Positions 1 through 8,642 of a stretch of DNA of 64,000 nucleotides are shown here, piece after piece. The notes below the pieces were generated by a model. It was given only the letters and a program-made list of their open reading frames with translations, did no database searches and had not been told where the DNA came from. This stretch comes from Candidatus Nomurabacteria bacterium (lineage in GTDB: Bacteria > Patescibacteriota > Dojkabacteria > SC72 > JAHDCA01). The first letter of the stretch is position 1, and the number at the start of each line of letters is the position of its first letter. Location of the stretch: assembly GCA_020632375.1 (NCBI GenBank), contig JACKFR010000001.1:149106-213105 (forward strand), written 5' to 3'. The position numbers were made by a program, and so were the translations under genes.

Positions 1-132
1 TACACAATTGACTCTCAGAAAAAAGGAAAAAAACTTGAAATCTTTAAGTACAAAGCAAAATCTAGATATAGAAGACGATTTGGCGACAGACCCCTCATTA
101 CACGAATTCTTGTTACTAAGATAGAGGGTTAA
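1..132 (+). CDS. rplU: 50S ribosomal protein L21, C-terminal fragment (5' end outside window)
   Basis: Frame 1 reads ...KLEIFKYKAKSRYRRRFGDRPLITRILVTKIEG, then TAA at 130-132. This is the basic C-terminal tail typical of bacterial L21, and it lies upstream of rpmA. Confidence 0.8.
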   Translation, partial: YTIDSQKKGKKLEIFKYKAKSRYRRRFGDRPLITRILVTKIEG

Positions 133-151
133 ATCTTTTAATCCACTGACA

Positions 152-1318
152 ATGCAATATTTTTTTATCCCTGGCAGACTGCAAGATCTTTCTACTGAAG
201 AGTTAAAGTCTGTATTAAAGATTTTTTCCAAAAGCAAATATAGTGTAGATGCTACAAATAAGGGCTTTATTCTAGTTGATAGTGATTGTTCGGCAGAAAC
301 AATGAGAGAAATCTTTAATAGGCTCGGAGGCTTTGTAAAGTTTGGGAAAATCCTTTCTGAGCAAGAAGAACGAGATTTCTTGAATAAATACCTTTCAAAG
401 GGACGTATAACATTCGGTGTAAGTCGGGTAGGCATTGAAAGCGGCCCTATAAAGGTGAAAAAGCTTGCAACAGAGATAAAAGATTATTTCAAACAGAATA
501 ATGTCTCTGCTCGGTATGTCGGTGGGAAAGGGTTTGCTTTTCTTTCTTCTGCCGAAATTAGCGGAAATAAAGTACTTGAGAACGGCTTTGAAATTGTTAA
601 TCTTGAAACAAGAGTAGGTGACCTGCTAACCGGGAATACGGTTGCAGTACAAGACATCGATGATTTTACTAAGCGGGACTACGGTCGCCCAGTTGCCGAC
701 AAGAAGATGGGCATGCTACCGACAAAACTCGCCAGAATAATGCTTAATCTTGCCGAGCTAGAGAGCGGAAGCACAATATGGGATCCTTTTTGTGGCTCTG
801 GAACAATTTTAACCGAAGCCTTGTTGATGGGATATAATGCGCTTGGCTCGGATATAGATGAATATGCTGTTAAAGGTGCTTATAAAAATATAAAGTGGCT
901 GTCGCAGAATTATAATCTCGGCGATACGAAGTATTCTGTATTTGAAAGCGATGTGATGCGTCCGAATAAGCCGCTCCAGAAGAAACTCCGGTATACATCG
1001 GTAAACGCCATGATATTTGAGCCATATATGGGGCCGCCTCAGCACCGGGTTATGTCTGCCTATACTGCAGAAGAGCTTTTGACCAATGTGATGTCCTTAT
1101 ATAAAGAGATTTTTACGTTTGCAGAGAGAATAAACTCGCCCAATCTGAAGGCTGTGTTTGTAGTTCCGTCATATAAAACTAAAAAAGGCTGGGCTACAAT
1201 CCGATACAATACTTTTCTATCCAAAAGATGGAAGGTTCATAATAGAGAAGGCTTGCATTGGAGCCGTTCTAATAGTATTATTAGGCGCAATATTTTAATA
1301 GCGAATCTAAAAAAGTAG
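152..1318 (+). CDS. class I SAM-dependent methyltransferase (UPF0020/Trm11/RlmL-like putative RNA methylase)
   Basis: 388-aa ORF with SAM motif I DPFCGSGTILTEALLMG followed by GSDID. FEPYMGPP stands where (D/N)PPY is expected. The gene is embedded between rplU and rpmA. Confidence 0.7.
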   Translation: MQYFFIPGRLQDLSTEELKSVLKIFSKSKYSVDATNKGFILVDSDCSAETMREIFNRLGGFVKFGKILSEQEERDFLNKYLSKGRITFGVSRVGIESGPIKVKKLATEIKDYFKQNNVSARYVGGKGFAFLSSAEISGNKVLENGFEIVNLETRVGDLLTGNTVAVQDIDDFTKRDYGRPVADKKMGMLPTKLARIMLNLAELESGSTIWDPFCGSGTILTEALLMGYNALGSDIDEYAVKGAYKNIKWLSQNYNLGDTKYSVFESDVMRPNKPLQKKLRYTSVNAMIFEPYMGPPQHRVMSAYTAEELLTNVMSLYKEIFTFAERINSPNLKAVFVVPSYKTKKGWATIRYNTFLSKRWKVHNREGLHWSRSNSIIRRNILIANLKK

Positions 1319-1343
1319 CTCTAAGATTATTTGATAATGACTT

Positions 1344-1616
1344 ATGTCACACGTTGCAGCATCTGGAAGCATAGACATTTCTACAAATACACCGGGTAAA
1401 TACTTAGGTGTAAAAAAGTTCGCTGGCGAAGAAGTGAGAAATGGTAACCTTCTTGTAAGACAGAGAGGAACAGTTTTTCACGCCGGAAAAAATACAAAAG
1501 TCGCAAACGACCATACTATATACGCTACTTCAGACGGTATTGTAAAGTTCAGGCGAATGACAGGTCATAAACGTAAGCAGTTTTATGTCGATGTAGAAGC
1601 TGCAGAAACCAAATAA
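1344..1616 (+). CDS. rpmA: 50S ribosomal protein L27
   Basis: 90-aa ORF. The blocks GKYLGVKKFAGEEV...LVRQRGTVFHAGKNT...DHTIYA..DGIVKF are collinear with bacterial L27. Confidence 0.95.
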   Translation: MSHVAASGSIDISTNTPGKYLGVKKFAGEEVRNGNLLVRQRGTVFHAGKNTKVANDHTIYATSDGIVKFRRMTGHKRKQFYVDVEAAETK

Positions 1617-1627
1617 TCAATTACCCC

Positions 1628-2377
1628 ATGCCTAGAATTAAATATGCCCAGATTGAAAATAAAAACGCTCTTATTGAATTGCTTGAAGAAGGCAAGCCAC
1701 TTGAAAAAATATATCTCGCTAATAATGCTTATAAAGACCCAAAGACCAAACGGGTCTTAGAGCTAGCCAGAAAGAATAATATTCCAATCGAAAAAATAGC
1801 CAGAAGATCTATTTCAAGAAGATCTAAAACCTCGAGCCATGAAAGCGTGATTGGGCTGATGGAAATTGATAATCAGTATTCACTACAAGAACTTCTTTCT
1901 GAAGCATTTACCGATGGCAAGCAGCCTTTCTACTTGATTTTTGGAGACATAAAGTATCCCCAGAATGTTGGGGCAATATTTAGAACTGCATACGCTGCTG
2001 GTGTTACAGGAATAATTACACCTGTTCAAAAAGCAAATTTACTTAGTGACGAGATAATTAGAATTTCAATGGGAACATGTTTGCGGATACCAATTGTCGA
2101 AGTAGGGTTATTTGCTGCTATCAAAGAGATTAAAAAACAAGGAATTCCTGTCTTGGCATTAGATATGGATGGGAAAGATCTTTACGATACTGATCTTACA
2201 GGTCCTGTAGCTATTATTCTTGGATCCGAATATACCGGTGTTTCATCTAAGATCAGAGAAAGGATAGATGGTGTGATATCGATTCCTATGAATAAAGGAA
2301 TTGGATCACTAAATGTCGGTGTTGCATCAGCGATTACGATGTACGAGAAATATAGACAGGAGTTAGCTGGAAAATAA
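1628..2377 (+). CDS. TrmH/SpoU-family RNA 2'-O-methyltransferase (RlmB-like)
   Basis: 249-aa ORF with SpoU motifs PQNVGAIFRTAYAAGV, ILGSEYTGVS and IPMNKGIGSLNVGVASAI, plus an N-terminal L30e-like substrate-binding region. Confidence 0.85.
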   Translation: MPRIKYAQIENKNALIELLEEGKPLEKIYLANNAYKDPKTKRVLELARKNNIPIEKIARRSISRRSKTSSHESVIGLMEIDNQYSLQELLSEAFTDGKQPFYLIFGDIKYPQNVGAIFRTAYAAGVTGIITPVQKANLLSDEIIRISMGTCLRIPIVEVGLFAAIKEIKKQGIPVLALDMDGKDLYDTDLTGPVAIILGSEYTGVSSKIRERIDGVISIPMNKGIGSLNVGVASAITMYEKYRQELAGK

Positions 2378-2396
2378 ATGAAAAAGTGTTCTTACC

Positions 2397-3263
2397 CTAA
2401 GAATTGAGTAGCTTTTGCATTAGGTCTTCAAGTTCAGACCTGCTTGTGTATCTAATTGTTATTTTCCCACCCTTAGACATCTGCTGAATCTTTGCTGTGT
2501 AGCCAAGCTTTTTTGAAAGCTTCGTTATAAAGGCCTTTGTCTTTGTATCAAACTCTTTTCTTTCATTTTTTGCGGTGTCTTTACCGAAATTAATCTTTCT
2601 GACAAGCTCTTCGGTATCTCTGACACTAAGGTTCTTTTTAAGAACAATATTGGCGGCTGCGATTAGAGACGCCTGGTCAGAAATTCCCAGTAAAGCCCTT
2701 GCGTGCCCTTCAGAAAGCTCTTGTCCTAGAACGGCTTCTTTTACTTGTTCGGGTAGGCTTAGTAGTCGTATCTTGTTTGTCACTGCTACACGACTTAGAC
2801 CCATTTTCTTTGAAATATCTGTTTGAGTAAGACCAAACTGGTCTTGTAGCTGCATAAAAGCAGTCGCCTCTTCGAGAGGGTTTAAATCTTGTCTTTGAAT
2901 ATTTTCAATAAGAGCGAGTTCAAGCATTTCTTGTGGAGAGGTATCTCTTATAACAACAGGCACCGTTTTCAACGCTGCGAGCTGGGCTGCTCGAAAACGC
3001 CTTTCTCCGGCAACAAGGTAGTACCCTTCACCCTCTTTATTTTTTGAAATGATAAGCGGCTGAATAATGCCTTGCTCTCGGATTGAGTCTGCTAGTTCGA
3101 CCAGTTCTTCTGTCTCAATCTTCATTCGGGGCTGATAAGGGTTTGGCGAAATCTGAGTTATATCAAAGTGTTCGTTGTAAGGTGAATCTTTCTTATCATA
3201 ATCGCCTGAAGCGATAAGTGCTGATAATCCTTTCCCGAGACCTTTTGTATTTGTTTTACTCAT
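2397..3263 (-). CDS. parB: chromosome partitioning protein ParB/Spo0J
   Basis: 288 aa with GLGKGLSALI at the N-terminus, the ParB box VAGERRFRAAQLA, and an HTH (LTQTDISKKMGLSRVAVTN). Lies directly downstream of parA. Confidence 0.92.
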   Translation of the reverse strand: MSKTNTKGLGKGLSALIASGDYDKKDSPYNEHFDITQISPNPYQPRMKIETEELVELADSIREQGIIQPLIISKNKEGEGYYLVAGERRFRAAQLAALKTVPVVIRDTSPQEMLELALIENIQRQDLNPLEEATAFMQLQDQFGLTQTDISKKMGLSRVAVTNKIRLLSLPEQVKEAVLGQELSEGHARALLGISDQASLIAAANIVLKKNLSVRDTEELVRKINFGKDTAKNERKEFDTKTKAFITKLSKKLGYTAKIQQMSKGGKITIRYTSRSELEDLMQKLLNS

Positions 3264-3287
3264 AAGGAAAATCTAACATTTAATGAC

Positions 3288-4082
3288 TTATTTATCAAAT
3301 CTATTAATGAATTCATCAGCTAATTTTGCATATGCAATAGCGCCGGTTGATTTCGGATCGTAGTCAAATATTACTTTGCCGTGTGATGGCGCTTCAGATA
3401 ATCGAACATTTCTTGGAATAATTGACTTGAATGCCAGTTCTTCAAAATGTGTATTTATTTCGTCAATAACTTGGGTCGAAAGCCTTGTTCTGCTGTCAAA
3501 CATTGTCATTACTATTCCGCCTATGCTGAGGTCATTGTTGATATTCCTGACCAGATCAATTGTTTTTAATAGTTGCCCGACCCCCTCTAAAGCGAAATAT
3601 TCGCATTGAATGGGAATAAGGGCTTTTTGGGCGGATGTTAATGCATTGATTGTTAAAAGTCCAAGTGAAGGAGGACAATCGATAAGGATATAGTCGAATT
3701 CTTCTTGCATTGCAGCAAGAGCTTTTTTAAGCAATGTCTCTCTGGCCATCATATTCACCATTTCAACTTCCGCACCGGCAAGTGATAAATGTGAGGGAAT
3801 AAGCATTAGATTAGGAATATCGGTTGTTACAAATACTGAGGAAGCCGACTCAGCATTCACAAGAATATCATAAATACTTTTATACGGAGATTTTCCCTCT
3901 TTATCCCATTGGTCATTGCTAAACTGACTTGTAAATCCAACTCCAGAAGAGAGATTTGCTTGAGGGTCAAGATCAACTAGAAGCACCTTTTTGCCCTTTT
4001 TTGCAAGGCTGGCGCCGAGGTTGATAGCAGTAGTTGTCTTTCCGACTCCACCTTTCTGGTTCGCAATAACAAATGTTTGCAT
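3288..4082 (-). CDS. parA: chromosome partitioning ATPase ParA/Soj
   Basis: 264 aa with the deviant Walker [17 protein letters not shown] and DCPPSLG. Paired with parB. Confidence 0.93.
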   Translation of the reverse strand: MQTFVIANQKGGVGKTTTAINLGASLAKKGKKVLLVDLDPQANLSSGVGFTSQFSNDQWDKEGKSPYKSIYDILVNAESASSVFVTTDIPNLMLIPSHLSLAGAEVEMVNMMARETLLKKALAAMQEEFDYILIDCPPSLGLLTINALTSAQKALIPIQCEYFALEGVGQLLKTIDLVRNINNDLSIGGIVMTMFDSRTRLSTQVIDEINTHFEELAFKSIIPRNVRLSEAPSHGKVIFDYDPKSTGAIAYAKLADEFINRFDK

Positions 4083-4149
4083 CTTATGTGTTCTGAATCT
4101 AAATCTTCAACAGTATTCTAGCTTAATAACCGATTGTTGGGCAAATAGG

Positions 4150-4761
4150 TTATTCGTAAACAGGGTGCTTTATAAGCATAAACCTATCTAGTGGAGAGAT
4201 AATTACAAAGACTCTACCTTTGATTTGCTCTTTTTTTATTGTTCCAAAGCTTCTTGAATCGGAGCTTTTCGGACGATTGTCACCCGATACAAAATACTCT
4301 CCCTCAGGAACCTTTACTTGTATTCCTTCGTAAAGAAATTTGCCACCGGCTGTCACCACAGTAGGAGCAAGATAGTCGCTCTCGTCTAAGTGTTTTCCGT
4401 TTATATAGTACTGTCCATCTTTAATAGTTACCACATCACCAGGAAGGCCTATAATCCTCTTAATGAAGTCTTTTGTTTCTGAATACTTAAATATGATTAC
4501 ATCACCCCGCTTTGGTTCTGAAAATCGGTACAACATTTTATTTGCAATTACATAGTCTGTATTGTGAAAATTAGGGTACATTGAGTTTCCATCTACCTGG
4601 TGAGGCGTTATAAGAAGAAGGTATAGAACAACGCAAGAGGCAAGGACTAAAACCGCTGTTTGTAAAATACTGAAAAATATCCTAACGCTATTGCTGCGAA
4701 TCCGGCGTATTTTATCAGATGTGGTCAGAATTTCTGGTTTTTCCAGATCATACATTGCCAT
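4150..4761 (-). CDS. lepB: signal peptidase I
   Basis: 203 aa with an N-terminal TM, catalytic Ser box GNSMYPNF, Lys box IKRIIGLPGD and GDNRPKSSDSR. Confidence 0.9.
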   Translation of the reverse strand: MAMYDLEKPEILTTSDKIRRIRSNSVRIFFSILQTAVLVLASCVVLYLLLITPHQVDGNSMYPNFHNTDYVIANKMLYRFSEPKRGDVIIFKYSETKDFIKRIIGLPGDVVTIKDGQYYINGKHLDESDYLAPTVVTAGGKFLYEGIQVKVPEGEYFVSGDNRPKSSDSRSFGTIKKEQIKGRVFVIISPLDRFMLIKHPVYE

Positions 4762-4779
4762 TGGGCAGCAGGTCTAATC

Positions 4780-5385
4780 TTAGTTGTAAGAAGGAGCATG
4801 TATTAGTCCAACCTGGCTCAATGGGTAATAAATAAACCAGGCTTTCCCAATGATCTTGTCTTTCTTAACCGGTCCGAAAGTTCTTGAATCAGAGCTTTGA
4901 GGCCGATTGTCTCCTGATACAAAATACTCATCTTCTTTAAGAGTATAAGACTCGCCTTCATTCAAGAATGTTCCTTCAGAGGTATAAACCGTATCACTTA
5001 GATACTGAGATTCATCGAGTGGCTTGTCGTTTACATAGTACCGTCCGTCAATAACTGCGATAGTATCACCGGGTACACCAATCACCCTTTTTATATAATT
5101 CTGGGTAGGAGAGTGCTCAAAAATAATTACATCACCCCGTTTAGGTGATGCCAAGCGATATACAAGCTTATTTGCAAAAAGAAATTCTCCATTTACGAAA
5201 TTCGGCTCCATTGATTTACCGATAACTTCATGCGGGGTAATTAAGACTAAAAACAAAACTACAGAAACTGCTATTGCAATCACAACACCCTCGATACTTT
5301 CAAAGATAAATGAAGATAGTGCCCCAAGTATTCCAGACGCTTTTTCATATGAATCTTTTTGCACTTGCTTCTTGTTTTCCTCCAT
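4780..5385 (-). CDS. lepB: signal peptidase I (tandem paralog)
   Basis: 201 aa with GKSMEPNF, IKRVIGVPGD and GDNRPQSSDSR. Collinear with the adjacent copy. Confidence 0.9.
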   Translation of the reverse strand: MEENKKQVQKDSYEKASGILGALSSFIFESIEGVVIAIAVSVVLFLVLITPHEVIGKSMEPNFVNGEFLFANKLVYRLASPKRGDVIIFEHSPTQNYIKRVIGVPGDTIAVIDGRYYVNDKPLDESQYLSDTVYTSEGTFLNEGESYTLKEDEYFVSGDNRPQSSDSRTFGPVKKDKIIGKAWFIYYPLSQVGLIHAPSYN

Positions 5386-5454
5386 TTGAAGTATAGATAT
5401 CAGATTAGCCTCATTAACATAACATTATACACTTTGGATTGAAAGTGTGAAGAC

Positions 5455-5484
5455 AAAAAGCCGGCTATTAGGTCGGCCGGCTTT
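5455..5484 (-). terminator. rho-independent terminator downstream of the VOC gene
   Basis: GC stem gccggc (5460-5465) pairs with gccggc (5476-5481) around a 10-nt loop (5466-5475). The plus-strand A run 5455-5459 gives a U tract on the minus-strand transcript. Confidence 0.6.
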
Positions 5485-5504
5485 CTAAGAGCACAAAACT
5501 TTGT

Positions 5505-5903
5505 CTAATAAAAAAGCACTTCGAGCTTGATTCTGTCTGGGTCTTCAAAAAAGACTGCGTAGTAATTCTCAGAATATTCAGGGAAAGCCTTCGGTGTTTC
5601 ATATAGAGTCTGTAGACCTTGTTTTTTAAGAAATGCTTTATTGAATTGATCAACATCCTCTTTTGAATCGACTTTAAATGCAATATGATTTACTCCTGTT
5701 CTTTTTCTATGGTAGGGGATATCTTGATATTTCTTCTCTGTTTCTTCGAGAATAATACTTGCCTCTCCATTTGAAAAAGAAATTCCCCAGTCTTCTTCAA
5801 AATCGATTTTATAACCGAGAATTGCAAGAAAGCCCTGGTAAAACTTTTTAGACTTATTTAGGTCGGAGACCATAATACTCATATGATCTAATTTTGAACG
5901 CAT
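5505..5903 (-). CDS. VOC (glyoxalase/bleomycin-resistance/dioxygenase) family protein
   Basis: 132 aa. Starts with the LDHMSIMVSDLNKSKKFY beta-alpha-beta-beta-beta module, then GVNHIAFKV and FEDPDRIKLEV, typical of VOC proteins. Confidence 0.65.
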   Translation of the reverse strand: MRSKLDHMSIMVSDLNKSKKFYQGFLAILGYKIDFEEDWGISFSNGEASIILEETEKKYQDIPYHRKRTGVNHIAFKVDSKEDVDQFNKAFLKKQGLQTLYETPKAFPEYSENYYAVFFEDPDRIKLEVLFY

Positions 5904-5928
5904 AGAACTTTGATAAAAATTTAAATAA

Positions 5929-6921
5929 CTAATCCCGAATAAGATTTTTCAGCCATTCGGCTTCGCTCTTTTTGTGCTCCCACCACAAATCTTCCCAGAA
6001 ATAGTGGACTGCCAAGTGTTTGTATGGGGAAAATTGGTTAAAGTGCTGCAAGAGTTTTTCTACTGGAATAGGGGTTTCTGGGTCTTGGTCAAAGAATATC
6101 TTGCTATAAATTTTCTGCTCCCATGGTGAGATGTGGTCTATATAATCCCAATTGTGGAAAACATCAAACAGCAAGTACCAAGTCGTTGCTGGCCCAACGC
6201 CATATATCGATAAAAGCTTGTTTCTTTGGTCATCTACAGATAGGCTTCTCATCTTCTGTTCATCAAATTCACCCGAAGCAAATTGCTCATCTGTTTTTAA
6301 AATTCTTTTAGCTCGATACCCGACCTTGAGTGCTCGCAGGGTATCTTCGCTGACCTGTTTCATTCTGCCAGGATTCCATATCACTGCATCGGTATGCCCT
6401 GCAAAGGATATCTGTGTCCCGAAATTGTCAATAAGGTTATCGTACATCTGTTTTGACCTTCTTACAGTAGCATTTTGCAACACCATCCCAATAATTAAAT
6501 ACTCGTAAAGCGAACTCGGTTGTCCAGGTCTCATTCCATACATTCTTTTGATAACAGGTCCAAGCGCTCTATGATTATCAAACTTTTTATAGAAATCGGA
6601 CAAATCAAGCGTCAAGTTGTATCTATACGCTATTTCGCCTGAAACGGCTTTCAAAGCATCTTCATTAAGGCCTCTTTGGGAATAAACACTTACTTCAATT
6701 TCTGGTGCTCTCTCGGTCCCTTTATCTTTGAAAATCAGTCCAAGCGGCTGTCTGTCATATACCCATCCTACAGACCTTTCACCAGGAGACCACTCTTCAC
6801 CATTCAAAGTAAAATGATCTGGCTTGAGAAATGTCATGTCAAAATTAAACGGGGAAGTCGGGTTAATCGTTAAAGCCCGTTTCCTGCCTAATTCTAGAGT
6901 TTTTCTCTTCGTGGGTTTCAC
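5929..6921 (-). CDS. HhH-GPD superfamily DNA glycosylase (AlkA/Ogg-like)
   Basis: 330 aa. Helix-hairpin-helix LLSIYGVGPATTWYLLF is followed by an Asp-containing segment (DYIDHISPWEQK). Confidence 0.65.
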   Translation of the reverse strand: MKPTKRKTLELGRKRALTINPTSPFNFDMTFLKPDHFTLNGEEWSPGERSVGWVYDRQPLGLIFKDKGTERAPEIEVSVYSQRGLNEDALKAVSGEIAYRYNLTLDLSDFYKKFDNHRALGPVIKRMYGMRPGQPSSLYEYLIIGMVLQNATVRRSKQMYDNLIDNFGTQISFAGHTDAVIWNPGRMKQVSEDTLRALKVGYRAKRILKTDEQFASGEFDEQKMRSLSVDDQRNKLLSIYGVGPATTWYLLFDVFHNWDYIDHISPWEQKIYSKIFFDQDPETPIPVEKLLQHFNQFSPYKHLAVHYFWEDLWWEHKKSEAEWLKNLIRD

Positions 6922-6922
6922 G

Positions 6923-7480
6923 CTATTTGTTCAATAGAATTAAGTTATCATTAAGTCCTAGGCTCTTTGCGTAATTTTGTACTTTGTTTATAAAAACATT
7001 ATTTTTTAATGAACCAACTAACAGTTTGTCTCTAAAAATCACGTAGGTTTTTTCGTTGCCTGTAAATTTTACCCATGCCAGTTCGCTTACAAGCCTGCTC
7101 TTCAAAGCTTCTAACACAGTGTCCAGTTCTGTTCTATAAAAAACAATCTTGACAATGTCTTCTGCCGGGTTAGAAGGGAGAACCTCTACGATCTCTCTAA
7201 GGTGAGCCTCTTCTAAAGCTTGCATCGTTGCACTTCCTACAAACTTTTCTCCCCAGATAGGACCTTCTCTTAGCCAAGTAACTGCTTGATCTAACTTTTT
7301 ATCTTCAGAAATTTCAGGATGATCTTCTTCAATATATTCGATCATCCCGTCGAGTATGTCTTTGTAGCTTTTAAGCTTTCCTTGTTTGTCTACGCAATGT
7401 GGACAGAATCCTTCAGCGATAATGTCTTCTTCATTAAAATCGCTTAATAATCCAGAACAAGATTTGCAAAGATTATCCAT
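6923..7480 (-). CDS. hypothetical protein with N-terminal zinc ribbon
   Basis: 185 aa with CKSC...(19 aa)...CPHC at the N-terminus. The stop abuts the glycosylase start, suggesting an operon. Confidence 0.5.
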   Translation of the reverse strand: MDNLCKSCSGLLSDFNEEDIIAEGFCPHCVDKQGKLKSYKDILDGMIEYIEEDHPEISEDKKLDQAVTWLREGPIWGEKFVGSATMQALEEAHLREIVEVLPSNPAEDIVKIVFYRTELDTVLEALKSRLVSELAWVKFTGNEKTYVIFRDKLLVGSLKNNVFINKVQNYAKSLGLNDNLILLNK

Positions 7481-7502
7481 TAGATTTTCTGATCAAATTA
7501 TT

Positions 7503-8072
7503 TCAAACACCAACACTTGTATAGATTTCTTTTTGAAGCTTGTCTAAATCAACCAGATCCTTATTGATGTAGTTTAAAACTCTGCCGATATCGTGAGTCA
7601 GGATAATCATGAGAGCAGCAGACTTGGGGTCTGCAACTTGAAAGCTTCCATCTGCTTTCCCTTCTGCAATTACATCAGATACGAGGTTGAAGTATGTTTT
7701 GAAAAATTCCAGCGCACCTTTGGTCTTAATGCTATTGTGCGAGCTAATTAAAAGAGCATAGTTCATTAAAAGGATCTCAGGCTGTTTCTGTGACATTCTG
7801 TTATTGGCCTCTAGAAGAACCTGAAGCTTTTTGATAGGGGACGAGTATTTGACGAGCAGCTTTTTTAATGCATTGGTTCTTTGTGTCGCAAGGTATTTTG
7901 CCCCTTCAAGCAGAAGCATTTCTTTACTGTCAAAATATTCATAAACGCTTCCCTTAGCGATTCCTGCCGCTTTTGCGATATCGTCTACAGTACCGTTTTC
8001 TAAGCCCTTTTCTGCGATTACTTGTGCAGCAGCTGTTATAATTTGTGTTTTATTGATCTGGTGTTTCGACAT
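7503..8072 (-). CDS. TetR/AcrR family transcriptional regulator
   Basis: 189 aa with the N-terminal TetR HTH QIITAAAQVIAEKGLENGTVDDIAKAAGIAKGSVYEYFDSKE. Confidence 0.88.
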   Translation of the reverse strand: MSKHQINKTQIITAAAQVIAEKGLENGTVDDIAKAAGIAKGSVYEYFDSKEMLLLEGAKYLATQRTNALKKLLVKYSSPIKKLQVLLEANNRMSQKQPEILLMNYALLISSHNSIKTKGALEFFKTYFNLVSDVIAEGKADGSFQVADPKSAALMIILTHDIGRVLNYINKDLVDLDKLQKEIYTSVGV

Positions 8073-8085
8073 ATGTGTGCGAAAT

Positions 8086-8099
8086 TGACTAACTAGTCA
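8086..8099. promoter_or_regulatory. 14-bp palindrome, candidate TetR operator
   Basis: TGACTAacTAGTCA is a perfect 6-bp inverted repeat with a 2-bp spacer, 14-27 nt upstream of the TetR start codon (8072, minus strand). Confidence 0.35.
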
Positions 8100-8192
8100 T
8101 ACTGAGGATTATGACAGGTACTGACCAGGAAGTCAATGTGGTTAGTTATGGAAAATAAACTTTAATGATTGTTCCGCTATAGGTTAGCGGCA

Positions 8193-8264
8193 TACCGCCA
8201 CGGGGAATCGAACCCCGGTTTACAGGATGAAAACCTGTCGTCCTAGCCACTAGACGATGGCGGC
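8193..8264 (-). tRNA. tRNA-Glu (anticodon UUC)
   Basis: The reverse complement GCCGCCATCGTCTAGTGGCTAGGACGACAGGTTTTCATCCTGTAAACCGGGGTTCGATTCCCCGTGGCGGTA folds as a 72-nt cloverleaf. Anticodon loop is TTTTCAT; no CCA is encoded. Confidence 0.9.
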
Positions 8265-8278
8265 TTAATCCGGGTATT

Positions 8279-8515
8279 TTAGCCTATCTGTTTCTTTTTG
8301 TTAAGGAATTCTTTTTCTTCTTCGAAAGTAGCCCTTTTGTAAGAGTTTGTCTCTTGGTCAAGAATATACCTTCGTTTACATTTACACTGCAAAATAACTT
8401 TGTTTGGGCGTAGTTCTTCTCGGTTTCCGATCTTGTCCAATGGGTGCGTACACGCAGGACAAAGACGTTTTTTAAGCAATACAATCTGAAAAGGCATGAT
8501 TAATTTCTTTATCAT
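8279..8515 (-). CDS. small zinc-ribbon protein (hypothetical)
   Basis: 78 aa with CPAC...(24 aa)...CKCK, lying between two tRNA genes. The nested same-strand ORF 8284..8484 is rejected. Confidence 0.45.
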   Translation of the reverse strand: MIKKLIMPFQIVLLKKRLCPACTHPLDKIGNREELRPNKVILQCKCKRRYILDQETNSYKRATFEEEKEFLNKKKQIG

Positions 8516-8538
8516 TTTTTATCAAGCTTATTTAAAAG

Positions 8539-8624
8539 TGCTGGGGAGAGGACTCGAACCTCCACAGGATATAACTCCCACATGGGCCTAAACCATGCGT
8601 GTCTGCCAGTTCCACCACCCCAGC
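8539..8624 (-). tRNA. tRNA-Leu (anticodon UAG)
   Basis: 86-nt class II tRNA: acceptor GCTGGGG/CCCCAGC, anticodon stem CATGG/CCATG with loop TTTAGGC, a 17-nt variable arm, and T-loop TTCGAGT. Confidence 0.9.
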
Positions 8625-8642
8625 TGTTAAAGAGCGTGCAAA

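Noticed and set aside
809-1045. Antisense or nested ORFs from the six-frame track lying inside strongly supported genes. Examples: 809..1045, 2575..2826, 3376..3609, 6123..6311, 6152..6508, 6676..6873, 9813..10007, 18423..18605, 19023..19286, 20200..20427, 20795..21037, 22009..22200, 22651..22893, 24278..24460, 24618..24830, 25486..25881, 26077..26331, 26437..26871, 27850..28047, 28968..29213, 29354..29626, 30211..30396, 31068..31337, 33263..33469, 34524..34972, 44510..44698, 45142..45535, 46347..46595, 48632..48916, 50660..50935, 51274..51468, 51897..52112, 54694..54969, 56383..56571, 57408..57593, 58227..58574, 59003..59320, 60529..60780.
   Set aside because: Each is fully contained in, or antisense to, an ORF with clear family motifs. 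Their translations are low-complexity or Cys/Ser/Leu/Phe-rich, as expected for antisense frames of AT-rich genes.
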